DNA of 48,536 nt, the filler included, from Sphacelaria rigidula (lineage: Eukaryota), in NCBI GenBank assembly GCA_964200075.2. It is 3 parts of 3 records of this genome, joined end to end, with 100 filler letters (N's around TTAATTAATTAA, not from the genome) between each part and the next. Parts side by side here need not be neighbours in the genome. Positions count along the whole stretch, not along the records: positions 1 to 16,114 come from CAXNAA020001483.1; positions 16,215 to 32,328 come from CAXNAA020001484.1; 1 more part is not named here. One strand, given 5' to 3'. Of the stretch, positions 11,251 through 22,640 are shown in pieces; the stretch's first letter is position 1, and each line of letters opens with the position of its first letter. A program made the position numbers and the translations under genes. The notes under the pieces are model-generated. The model had not been told where the DNA came from and searched no databases. It was given only the letters and a program-made list of their open reading frames with translations.

Positions 11251-11788
11251 CTGTGACGGTTTAAAGGAAAACCAACTTTTAAACGACAACCAACTAGACT
11301 AACAAGACTAAGTAGACTAACTTTTGTGACGGTTTAAGAGACAACCAACTACACTACTGACCAGTCAGCGCTGACTAGTCAGTAGTCCAGTTGGTTGTCC
11401 TCTTCAACCGTCACAAAAGTTAGTCGCTGGTTCGATTCCTGTCGGACTCACTTTCTTCGAAGAACAAAAAGAGGAGAGAAAATCTCTTTATAAAATTGGC
11501 CCCAAGGAGAGAAAACCTCGATAAAAAATTGGCCCGGAAAAAAAAAGGGTGGGGTGCCTGGTGGCTATGTTTGGAGTTGGCAGCTAGGGATCCCAGTGCA
11601 CACACTCTGGAAATGAGTGGGAGAGACGAGTAACTCTAGGATACGGTGAGAAGTGACAACACTAGAGATTCCTGATGGCAGTCGATAGAGCGCTGGCAAG
11701 GTGGGTCGCCCTCCGCGGAATGAAAGTGACGGGGATTGATCAGTTGACTGGTCAGTAGTCTAGTTGGTTGTCTCTTGAATCGTCACAG
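11251..11788. mobile_element. Foldback/palindromic non-autonomous repeat, copy B
   Basis: Begins CTGTGACGGTTTAA and ends TTGAATCGTCACAG; ~111-bp imperfect palindrome at 11315-11425; core 11434-11737 matches 1-275. Confidence 0.8.
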
Positions 11789-12059
11789 GTTCTGGTCAAG
11801 TAGCATCGTCATGGAAACACAACAGACAGGGCATGCTACACACGGCATAGCGCTATCAGCAAAAAACAGAATCTGTTCAGAGCGTCTTATAATCAACCAT
11901 GAAAACATTGGATGCCATCTGTACGTAGTATCAACAGCAAACAACTGTACCAGAACCCCAACAGACAAAATATTCCGCCCTCAACGATAATTAGCCGCCT
12001 GCTCTGCTCTTCTGGAATAAAGCTCGTATATTCTTGTTAGCGCAAAAAAGTGGAATCAT

Positions 12060-15000
12060 CTCTGAGCGGTTTGCAGAAACTGACTGTAGGAGATAGTGGT
12101 TGCTGCTGTTGTTGTGAAAATGAGCGGAAACTACGAAATGCGTAGGCTCGTATGTGAACAAGTATAACGTGAGTATTTCCAGAGGTTGACGATAAAAGAA
12201 ATTGGCGCGAATACAGCGATTTTCACTGTGGCAATCAGACCCGCAACTCTACCTACAATGTCCCTGACCTTATATAATAATGGTGGCTAGAGTCGACAGG
12301 CACGTCTTTTTATGGCTTGTTATGTGTTTGGATACGCGCATGGATGGTGTTTGGCATCTGAAAAACGGAGAATGTGGATGGTGTGCCCATTTTTCTGGAA
12401 GGAGCACCGCATATTCGTTCTGAGCTGCATCAGTTGGGGCTGGTTCAGAGGGTGCGGGCACGTTTGTAGGCAAAGTACGGTATCAAACTTTGAGTGCGTG
12501 ATATGATCGAATGCTACGGTTTGAAATGGTATTATCCTTGGCGCATTTGCTCTGTGTGAGTATGCCACAAGTGGAAATTGCCGTTGACTGAATTATTGAC
12601 TTCACTCAATTCGATTGAGACGCTGTCTTCAAGTGTCGTTGTTCAGCGTTTTGCAAATGATCATTTTCTTCGTGAATATGGCAGTGCATGGTCATGTGTC
12701 ACCAACACGGGGACAAAGGTAGCATGAACGTGATCGTCGTTGTCTACTGTTTGTCAAGTTTGCTTTCTACTTCGTGTAGTGTGGAGTTTTGGGGGTGCTG
12801 TAGAGTATTCCACCTCTAGAACACGTACAGATGCATGAGGAGCTGCAGGTTGATCCATGGACGTTGGGATATGAAGTTTGCATCATGATATTAGGTCATG
12901 AGATATTCTCTGGAGTATGACCATGGTTGCTTAACGGTGTATGTGATCAAGGAGATGCAAGGCCACTTCCAAAAACGAAGACCGTGTGTTTGTGAACAAC
13001 AACTGTCTTGAAGTCTCCAAGCCCTGTAGAGAAAGCACAGTAGCACCTCTAGCATGAGGAGTACGGTAGCATATGCATACTAGTTTGGATCGTGTGAAAG
13101 CGGTTTGGAGGATGATTGTTAAATGCGTATTATGTTCGTTCGGGGAGCAAAGAAGGGTCACTTCTGGTTAACGAAAGACTACTGTTTGTATGACTGCTTG
13201 AGTCTTGAAGTCTCTGGAGCCCGTGACAGGGAGAAAGTCTCTGGAGCAGCACTGTAACCTTGACTTCAAACAGGCGAAATCTCAGACGTCGAATGGGGTG
13301 CAACAGCCAAGCAATATACCTGAAACTACAATCAAATGAATATCCAACACGTCTAGAACGCAGCTGGTCTCTAGCTTGTTCAACTCCGTGAAAACGTGTG
13401 CATCGCACACCACTTCTTCGTAAAAGCTTCGAAGCTTCATTACGCCACTCAAATCATGAGCATACTGAAAACAAAGCCATGACTCAAACCGCTTTTCAAG
13501 CCATGTATGCCAATCCAACAACGGTAAACGGACCTCGACCCCCGCCATTAGTGATCACCCGTAGTGATATCGTTCTCAGACTCGATTTACCGAGTACACC
13601 CCAGAAAGCACCCAGATGTAATATCCCAACTTGGATTCAGGACCGTGATATCCCATCGGTCCATTACCCGCGCTGTGAAATGCAACTCATGTCCCAACAG
13701 ACTTGCAGCTTACCTGCACCGCTTCCTTAGACCAGCGGACACTCCATCCACATGATCCTTCCGGACTGAAAATAAGTATTCCCTCAAAAGACGTTCCATA
13801 GCCAAAGATCACTCATCTTCAACCACGAGAAACACTCGCGTTTTCCTTGCGCACATACGAGCCTACACATTTCGTAGCTACTGCTCATTTCAACGCCAAC
13901 AGCAGCAATCACCATCTCCTACCGTCAGTACCCACAAACCGCACTAAGGGAACTCCGCCGCTTGTCTTAGGTGTGTACAGGAATATACGAGGTTCACCTC
14001 CTCTAGATTACAGCAGTATATTGAAAACTGCCTAATCCTGATTCTTCGCCAGATACCATGCGCACTAGTACCATACCGTAGCGAGAATTCCACACATGCA
14101 TGCCAGCATTTTCACCTAGCACATGCAATGCGACCTTCCTCACAGCAAACACCATGCATCGTCCGTGTCAACCAGATCAGCACACCACACACATCCTCAA
14201 TACGCACGCGTACGCCAGCATTTCACCCAACACACGCGATACGATCATACTCGCCCAACAACCACGTTTCATGCGCAAACATGGCCACAAACTAAACAGA
14301 AACACGATGCGATTATCCTCGAAACGATTCGCGAATACCAGTCATGATGTAATTCCTCATTCTCAACAAGCACTCAATCACCTCAGCACTTGCTCCTCAA
14401 AATTAGCATTCAACTCGGCGCTCACCAAAACAGCAAGCACCTCAGGTAATAATGCCTTCTTTGTAGTCCTCCAGCCCGCTCCTGAGAAACAGCAGCACTC
14501 GGAGCACGACCCCGTGCACACACAAGATAGAGCAGCGTTTGCACCCGAACACTCGTTCCTCGCGCCAGGAGTCCGATGCCTGTCCCCTCGGGTAGACACA
14601 TGCTTCTCGGCTTTCATAGTGCAAGCAGCTGCCCTGTATCGTTGTTTGAGACGCGCACTACCTACTGCGGTGTCAGTGAGTGCACTGTCGTGCCTGTCCC
14701 CTCGGGCAGACACATGCTTCTCGGCTTTCACAGTGCAAGCAGCTGCCCTGTATCGTTGTTTGAGACGCGCACTACCTACTGCACGTGTCAGCGAGTGCAC
14801 TGTCGTGCCTGTCCCCTCGGGTAGACACATGCTTCTCGGCTTTCATAGTGCAAGCAGCTGCCCTGTATCGTTGTTTGAGACGCGCACTACCTACTGCACG
14901 TATCAGTGAGTGCACTGTCGTGCCTGTCCCCTCGGGCAGACACACGCTTCTCGGCTTTCACAGTGCAAGCAGCTGTCCTGTATCGTTGTTTGAGACGCGC

Positions 15001-15900
15001 ACTACCTACTGCACGTGTCAGCGAGTGCACTGTCGTGCCTGCCCCCTCGGGTAGACACATGCTTCTCGGCTTTCACAGTGCAAGCAGCTGCCCTGTATCG
15101 TTGTTTGAGACACGCACCAACCACTACACGTTCGGCAAGCGCACGGTCGTGCTTGTCCTATCTGCCAGACACATGCTTCTCGCCCTTCACAGCACATGCG
15201 AGAGCGCTCTCATGCCTATTCCCTCTGGCCGACATGTGCTTTGTGACCAGTGCGCGCTTCACAGTGCCGTGCGTCCCATCCGACGACGCATGCTCGCGCA
15301 GCGCCAACAAGCGACTGCTCGTGCCCAACATCATAATCATGCTTCAAGAACGTGTCACACAAACGTATCGCAATGTATTTCGGCATGAGGTCAGAAACTG
15401 CCGTCGCCTCGAAGAGGTTCGACCACCGCGCGTTCACTTGATGTACATCTTACACAAATTTGTCGTATTTCTGTCAAAACTCGGCTGTTTTCTCGCTCGA
15501 AAAACTGCGACGGCAGTATGGCACCTCCAGCGCCAGTACAGGAACAACACGACCATCAACGATGACATACTGCTGCGCCTCGTCATTTCGAACAGTCGAA
15601 CAGGCTTTGCCGCTACCTCCACACTTCTCATTAAGCGCCGACCCACCACAATATGTGTACATAGCGGACAATCACAAAGCAGTACCTCAACAACTCAACA
15701 ACGGTCCCAGAAAAACCGGCGTTGTGTCTCAATCACAGAAACAACAACTTCCTATACACCAAGATGCGCTTGGCCATCAAACGACAATGGCCACAGCTCC
15801 TCTTCCTCACGCAGGTCTCACCACGTGTTTGAAGTCCTTGGACTCTTCTTCTTGAACGCGGCTGGCCAACCTTGAGCCAGCCCTCTCGTAATTCTCCCGT
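12060..15900 (-). mobile_element. Decayed Gypsy-family element: gag start, satellite array, 3' pol-like remnant and mosaic repeat
   Basis: Minus strand ~15600-15320 reads LEVPYCRRSFSSEKTAEF*QKYDKFV*DVHQVNARWSNLFEATAVSDLMPKYIAIRLCDTF, which aligns with gag LKAPEYGRHFTEDASGQFLKKYRDY..LTVTELVPKHIR at ~6720-6900. 14050-14566 matches rc ~1660-2220. Whether 12060-14050 belongs to the same element is uncertain. Confidence 0.6.
14577..15250 (+). repeat. 115-bp tandem repeat, 5 near-identical units plus degenerate tail
   Basis: TGCCTG(T/C)CCCCTCGGG at 14577, 14691, 14806, 14921 and 15036; degenerate copies at ~15150 and ~15212. Confidence 0.95.
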
Positions 15901-16114
15901 CTGAGGTAGTAATTGACGCATGCTGTCGCTTGTGTTCATACAGGTTTTCAAAACCCCGTAGTCCGTGGTCTATGAATCGGACATAAACAGCAAAACATGT
16001 TTTTCATGCATGTACTTTGATATGATAGTAACGAGAATAAGCACGCGGTTTGGTGCTGTATATACTGGACTGCGTACAATACCGTACAGGACAACAGTAC
16101 GATATATCGTGCTT

Positions 16115-16214
16115 NNNNNNNNNNNNNNNNNNNNNNNNNNNNNNNNNNNNNNNNNNNNTTAATTAATTAANNNNNNNNNNNNNNNNNNNNNNNNNNNNNN
16201 NNNNNNNNNNNNNN
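16115..16214. other. Artificial contig linker (44N-TTAATTAATTAA-44N)
   Basis: 12-mer with stop codons in all six frames, flanked symmetrically by Ns; identical linker at 32329-32428. Confidence 0.97.
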
Positions 16215-16222
16215 GGGCGTCG

Positions 16223-18116
16223 GTGCTGCGGGTGGCGGCAGCTGCGGCCAGTGGAGGTGTCGATTGCAGCGACCTGGCAAGGGCGCCCCCGCGGACATAT
16301 CTTGAGGTGGTGACAGGCAGGGGACAAGGTGAGGCGGCGGCGCCGAGGAGGGCGCCACGCGCTGGTGTCGGCGCCGACTGGGGGATCCGGGCGACGCCAC
16401 CTTCGTCTCTCGCGGCGTCATCAGAGAGCGGGAGAGTGGACACAGCGGCGGCAGCAGAGCCATATTTACCATGTGCGGGGGGGGATAACGTTCAACTGGT
16501 GACTTGCAACCCATCTTTTTGTGGTGGCGTGACGGCAAGGGGCCTGACCGGAGCATCCATAGCGCAGTTGGATCCGGCATAGGTGAGGGGGAGATGTCCG
16601 CAGTGCACTTCATCATTCACTCCGGGACGTTATTTCAGAAGCATTTGAAGGAATGGCTCGTGACTTCCATTGATACTGATCAGTGGATACTTGCACTGTT
16701 GGCCATGTCCTGCGGGTATATCGAGCCACAGGGCTCCAACGCGGTGCAGGTAACTGTCAAACGCGTTGTGAACGGAGGCCCTCGGTACATACTGGTCATC
16801 AGGGTGTACGGCGCCATCCTGACTCTGAGGGACGGGAGCGAAAGTGCGTGGCCTCCCGATGGACAGTATGATTGGCTGACGCATCCTGTAAATGTGGCGT
16901 TGGTTGTTTTCACCTATCTATTGGCTGGCTGCGACTTCCTGCCGCGTGTATCCGGGATTTCCTTCCTCAAAATGTGCGAATTCGTTCTGAAGGCACTGAG
17001 AACTGTTCACGAAATCGATAGTGGTGATCGACGAGGGTAGAGCGAGGGTGGAGGTGGACGAGGGGGTCAAGCTACTGGCCACGATATTTTTCTTCAGGTA
17101 CGAAAACTCATTTGCGCATGTCGCCGCGGATCTTGGACATTTCTTCACCGCGACAGGGCAGAATCTGGCGTCTTTCGTGAACAATATTCGTCTGTGCATC
17201 ACCGCAGTACATGGGCTTATGCCTTCCCGATGCTGCCCGGGCTTGGACGCCTGCCAGAAGCACGTCAATAAGGCCAACGCAGTATTGGAATACTGAGAGG
17301 GGAGGGCTTTGGGATGAGCATGCCCACAGTGAATTTCAACGGGCGCGGATGGGGCGTTGAACCGGAAAAAAAGACTCACCACAAGGGTGTGGTAAAGGCG
17401 GCGAGAAGAGGGGCAGTGGAGCTTACACGGGACAACATATTTGTATATGTGTCAAGCCACACGTATGTCGATACATCCGGGAATGTGCAAACGTGCGGAC
17501 CCTGAGATGCGCGTGAAAGCCAGAAAGGGCAGCGCAAAGAGGTCACCGGTGCCGAGATTGCAGATGTTTGGGTAATTGTACGCTGAGCCGCGGCTACCAG
17601 GGCCGCTGCTCTTTGCCCCCACCCCCTGCCCTAGCGACCGACGCTACTGCTACAGGTGATTCCGCCGGAGGATATGTCGATACATGCCGCCGACGTCGTA
17701 AGGGGAGGGGCGGATCCACGGCGAACCGTGGAAGGGGCGGGTCAGCGGCGAACCGTGGAAGGGGCGGGTCAGCGGCGAACCATGGAAGGGACGGGTCAGC
17801 GGCATTGCATGGCAGGGGGCAGGCGAATGAAGCGAGGAAGGCCCCGGGGGCAAGTGTTGACAGTAGTCGTGGTGAGGAGTGCTTCCGACGAGATGGTGGG
17901 AGGATGGTGAGGGTAGCGGAAGGGGAATCGGAGCGGGGACCAGATCCTACCAGTCGCAGTTGTTGCGACGGCGGTCTAGATGGTCCCACAGAGGGCGGAT
18001 CGAAGCATTCAGCCGGGATCTGGCTTGGAGATTTAGACTCCGAGTATAGTGACCCAGAGGTAGAGTATTCGGCATCGGAAGGGGGCAAAGACGACGACGA
18101 CGAATTCGCGTTTTGA
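16223..18116 (+). pseudogene. Frameshifted XPG/FEN/XRN-like PIN-fold nuclease with C-terminal Cys cluster; probable Academ(X)-type transposon protein
   Basis: Motifs in order: GIGEGEMSAVHFI, LVTSIDTDQWILAL, TYLLAGCDFLPRVSGIS, CCPGLDACQKHVNKANAVLEY*, P.VNFNGRGWG, RCA*K..RCRDCRCLGNCTLSRGYQGRC, then an acidic tail. Several frameshifts and stops; 5' end lost at the contig edge. Confidence 0.7.
17702..17820 (+). repeat. 27-bp coding minisatellite (RGRGGSAAN x~4)
   Basis: GGAAGGGGCGGGTCAGCGGCGAACCGT repeated. Confidence 0.9.
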
Positions 18117-18524
18117 TTGTACCTGTAGAGAAAGTCGAAGATATGTTTCTTGCAGATGAGTTGCGTAGGCATATAAGTAACCGTGGGAGTTATCTTCTGC
18201 AGACGGAAGTCATAACCCGTGCGTAGGGTTGTTGCGGAAGTTATAGAGTGCTTGATGCAGGGCGCCGTTGTGTGCAGACGTCTACAGCGGGTCGTCCGGC
18301 TTCACCCTTGGGCGAATCGCAGGTTGTATCTCAAGATAATGCGTGATACTAATGGAACGAACGACTAATGAAGCGAAAATGATGATCAAGGCGTGGTGTT
18401 GTAGAGAACCTTATGGGATACTGTGCAACATGACCACCGCACGTGGGTGGACTCCAGTCGTGAGGCGGCGTTCATAGCGCTTATCACAGCGGGCGAACCG
18501 TCACGAATATTTGGTGTGATTGAT

Positions 18525-18960
18525 AAGAACCGATCGTAAAAAGACGACAGACTGCTGCCGAGATAGCCCCCCCCCCAAACCGGCCAAAGACGTGCACGGA
18601 GGCGATGATCACAACTGTCGTTAACGCTGGTTTCGTGCTGCACGACGCGACTGATTTGGGCGTTACAGCTGATTTCGGACTGCTACACGACCCTCATGTG
18701 GACGAAACTGCTGCACACAAGCCCAATAGTGGGATTGCAGCCGGTTCGTTGGATGGTGCCGGTGCACTTTTTGTGGGGGGGCTATCTCGGCATTAGTCGA
18801 CAACGGTTTTCATTGACAAGGATGAGGCGGTTTGTTACGATCTTCATATGTGTAGACCAATTTTCGAAATATGCCTGCATTCCTTCACGTACCGATAGCT
18901 ATCACCGTTTTCTGAAAGCCATACAAGATTGAAATTCGATAACCGAATTTCTGGGGTCCC
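18525..18960. repeat. Diverged relative of the arm of the 39300-39742 foldback element, interrupted by a MITE
   Basis: 18810-18930 resembles rc 39600-39710 (GATAGCTATC.GTACGTGAAG..CATATTTCGAA.ATT.GGT); TTCGATAACC..TGGGGTCC is shared with ~39458-39482. Confidence 0.6.
18550..18798 (-). mobile_element. 249-bp MITE, second copy, 4-bp TSD (GACA)
   Basis: Reverse-complement homologue of 8645-8892; GACA at 18546-18549 and 18799-18802. Confidence 0.92.
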
Positions 18961-19499
18961 ATATGTATATGTGCTGTGGTGGTGTGTGTGTGTGGGGGGA
19001 CGTGATAAAAATGGAACACGTAAATCCATCCTCCATGTCGCAGAACAGTGGTTCCGAGTGCTGCACACTGGAGGAACATCGGATGATGTTCTGCGTCCCC
19101 AACCCTTCATTATTGCCCACCAAAGTTCGGTCCCCATCACACCGGACAGTCGATGTGACTACCTATGCTTCGAAGAAAACCCTGACGCCGTTTCCGTGGT
19201 ATCTCTCTTTGGTTTCCGACAACTTACAGTATCACTGACGACACAAGGAATCGGCAGACCGTAAGTGTGCGTTTACACCTTGCGCGGCGATCCCGTAAGC
19301 ACGCTTCATGCGCTTCCCCAGCGACAATGACATACACATGTCTGGAACGCCTTTCCCACTGGCGGGCAATGTTTGCTGCATGTATGCTTGCGGGAGAAGA
19401 TATTCTCCACGCTACAAACCAAGTAAACGCGGCGCAATCACTACCTGCTCAATGTGGATATCACATGTGACCCGATGGGTTTTCACGCCGCACCTCACA

Positions 19500-20059
19500 T
19501 GTTATAACACCCGTCACCGAGATGGCAATACCTCGACGCACACGGCAGCTATCGACACAAACCAAATCGCTCTGTGTAGATAAAACGCGTATCTACCAGT
19601 CCTCCACTTCTCGGCGGCCAACACGCTTGTCTCAAAATTAGAAGTTGAGGTGAAGTGAAGATCATCTACTTCAGATATTGTACTGTTTCGACACTCAATT
19701 AAAGTCTGGCAGGGCTTGAACGACGGCTAGTGTCTAGTAGTACCTGCCTGTGAAGTTTCGGCTTCGCGACGTTCGTCAGTAGTGAGTTATCTTCTGTCGC
19801 GTGAAGGACGGGCAAGTTGGAAAACGACGTTTTTGCTTGCACAAATAGTTAAAACTGTTTTTAGGGCTATCCATCGCTGGCTTGTGAGCTGTACTGGGTG
19901 GAATTGAGCCAGACTGCAATCAGAAGGTAGCTTTAGACATTTAATACAGCTGTGTATCGCTTTAGTTGCTATATAACCTTCTGTACACTTATTTGACTCC
20001 GTCGCGTCTTCATTTTGGGGGTGATGGTGGGCAACGTGACACTAACCCCCCGCGTAACA
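19500..20059. repeat. Possible LTR (TGTTA..TAACA) abutting the truncated Copia
   Basis: 5-bp inverted ends and an internal TATATAA (~19970); the Copia protease homology stops at its right edge. No TSD and no second copy, so the left end is uncertain. Confidence 0.35.
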
Positions 20060-20064
20060 TTGGA

Positions 20065-21920
20065 AATGAGATCTACCCTGAAACCTGCACGAAAACCAGT
20101 GTAGGTGTGTCCCATGGTTTGGACCCTCGTGAGTGACAAGAGGTGATGACGGACACCAGGTACATGGTCAACATCCATTAATTTTAGGATCAAATCCTGC
20201 CCGTCAGATCTGAAGACAAGAGACAATTTTCCTCTGCCTACGATCGGGTGATTACTACCTCCCGCGCACCGTAGTACCCTACCCTTGCACTCTCTGTGCT
20301 CCACCATTCCATGAGAACCGTGGGAGAAGTGCTGGGTAGTCCCCGTGTTAAATACCGACGGTTGGCCCCCACCCTGCTGACTATCACCCCCCCGCCCAAC
20401 ACTCAACGCATACTCACCTGTGTCGCCGTTGATGGTGGTATCGAAAGAGGTGAAAACCTCCCCGTCCGCCACCGAACAAACGGAGGAGCTGTCGCTGTCG
20501 TCAACCGCGCCTATCGCTATCACCACGTCTTCTTTCTTCGCGGTCGATCTCGGACAGTCCCAGAACGTGTGCCCCTGCTGACCGCACCTCCCGCAGTATC
20601 TCGTCGGGCAGTTTCTGGCTCGGTGCGTCGTGTCCTTGTCGCAAACGTGGCCCGCGGAGCAGCTTCCCAGTCGCCGGTTTGCCGTCCGACGATGCTGACC
20701 CAGAGCTACTTGAATTCTGGCTCCCGCCGTTTTTCTGACGAGAGCCCTGGCGTTTTCCCGGTTTTCCCTTGCGGTGTGCACCGCTCGGGTTTCCGGTCCC
20801 ACCCCTGGCAAGGAGAGCCTGGTCGCCCGGGGATGACTTCTCTCCCCGGGCAAGTTCCTGCTTCAAAGATATCGATTCGAAGCGCTTTCGGACCGAAGTT
20901 AGCACAACCTCCCGTATCAGCGGCCCCTCTCGATCCTCCAGCAACTGCTTCTGAATGTGATACTCGAAGGGCGATGCGTTGAGGTATTTCGAGAGGATGT
21001 GGTTGTCGCTTAGTGGTTGGTCCTCTCGGTATGAGTTCAGGTTACGTGCAATTTTCTCCATCTCGAGCAGCTTCTGCTCTGGATCATCACGAACACCAAT
21101 CTCAGCTCCATCGAACTTTTCCAACAAAGCGGTTCTCGCCCCATTTGGTTTGGGGCGAAATACAGTCTCGGGTTTTCTCCAAACCGCACCACGTGAGTGG
21201 ACTCTGAGAAAAATATCTTGCTCCCTCTTTCCTTCCAAACTGGCAACAAGTAATCGTCTCGCCCTCACGTGAGCTGTCACTGTGTCTTTCCCGTATCTAC
21301 TTTCCAGATACCTCAGTGCTAATTCAGGGTCACCGACATCTACGTCGTGCGAAGTATCGCCGACCATGGTAAACACCCAGTCAATTCCTTCGCCCCTCGC
21401 AAAGCTGACCAGCTCATGTCTGTACCGAGCATAATCGGCGTTCTTCCCTGAAAATTTTGGGACGTTACGTCGAAAAACGGGAACCCCTGACACATTTCCA
21501 CTTGCATCGTTTACTAGGATTGACTGACGTGCGGTACAAAGCTCCGAGCTCCGTCACTTGTGGGCTTGTTGTCCCCTGCGTCGCGCGCTCCTTCCTCTGG
21601 AACAGCTTGACTCCCGATATACCGTCGGTCTCTTCGATTTCCGGCACCATGTCGCTCCACTGTTCTGTTCGTGTAGAATTCCCCCTGTTGACTATGGGAA
21701 CCATCACTACGAGGACGCCATTAGTTTCTGCGTCCCCGGCCTCTCTTACCGCCCTCATATCGTCCATGTTACTCTGTAAAGCAGCTTGGATGAAGTGCAA
21801 ATCACGCAGTACCTGGGCCATGGAACTCATCTGGCTTTCTACCTCCCGCAATTGCTCAATAACACCCTGCTCACCGACTACTGTAGCAGGCCTACTACCC
21901 TGATCTGCCATTCTGCCCAA
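20065..21920 (-). pseudogene. gag-pol: Copia gag-protease, frameshifted
   Basis: KFSGKNADYARY.., GAVWRK..FRPK..ARTALLEKFD..DDPEQ (Copia gag); knuckles HVCDKDTTHRARNC and CGRCGQQGHTFWDC; protease VFNTGTTQHF..GRGKL..LMDVDHVPGVRHHLLSL with catalytic D mutated to N. Confidence 0.85.
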
Positions 21921-21925
21921 CCGGT

Positions 21926-22178
21926 TGTAACACTGGTGTATTCCGTGGCCCGTGGCGAAGGAATGATAGTGTTGTCTTTTGTATTATTGGAGAGTGCCTT
22001 GATGGAGTCAACCGTATGATAAAGGGATCAGATGTGGAGTGGGCTCAGACGGCAGCGCAGCAGCCGACCTGAGCATGGTACTGTAGTCTCACACACACTT
22101 GACTACCAGTGCCCGTGCGTCAGCATAAATCTATCCGCACATGTGCATGTTTACCCAGTGTACCCGTTCACATGAACA
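21926..22178 (-). repeat. 253-bp LTR (5' LTR of the Copia)
   Basis: TG..CA ends (TGTAAC..GAACA); homologous to 31891-32149. Confidence 0.8.
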
Positions 22179-22640
22179 TGCCTGACTAGGCACTGGGACA
22201 CCGACCGGTTCACGGGCGCTTGAGGTATTCCTGCCCGGGTTCTGGGATGCTTTCGGTTCCACTGACACCGGAGTATAGGACAAAGTCCTCGCGTTAGTAC
22301 CAGAGCGGTGAGTCTGATGTTTATCTTGCGAGCATTGTGCTCTTTGGTGAAACATCGACATGTTCTTTGCTCCGTATCATTTTATGGCATGTAAGTGTGT
22401 CCCATGTGATCTATTTCCATAAGATGCGTTGCACTTTGGTGCTGGATGCATCTGCTATTTCTACATGCCTCGGCACTGGGACACTAATCGGTCCACAGGC
22501 GCCTGGGTTCTTCATGTCCGGGTTCCGGGATACCTTCCGTTTCGCTGACGCTGAAATAGTACAACGTCCTCGTCTTTGAAAAAAAGCGGTGGATACGATG
22601 TTTTCGGCCTGTGAGCATTGTGCTTTTCTTGTCTAAACGT
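22179..22640. repeat. Diverged direct repeat (~285-bp period) in the Gypsy 3' region
   Basis: GGCACTGGGACAC..CGGGTTC.GGGAT..GAGCATTGTGCT occurs at ~22190-22350 and again at ~22472-22635. Confidence 0.7.

Larger units (their letters stand above)
20060..22178 (-). mobile_element. 3'-truncated Ty1/Copia element (5' LTR, gag, protease)
   Basis: LTR 21926-22178 is directly followed on the minus strand by gag ORFs 21465-21920 and 20501-21493, then zinc knuckles and a Copia-type protease. Confidence 0.85.

Noticed and set aside
11420-11460. tRNA gene suggested by GGTTCGATTCC
   Set aside because: No D-arm/A-box, anticodon arm or acceptor stem can be folded; the motif lies within a repeat arm.
14577-15250. 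CRISPR-like array
   Set aside because: Whole units are near-identical with no unique spacers; no cas genes; eukaryotic TE context.
16159-16170. TTAATTAATTAA as a biological palindrome
   Set aside because: Assembly linker between N runs, repeated identically at 32373-32384.
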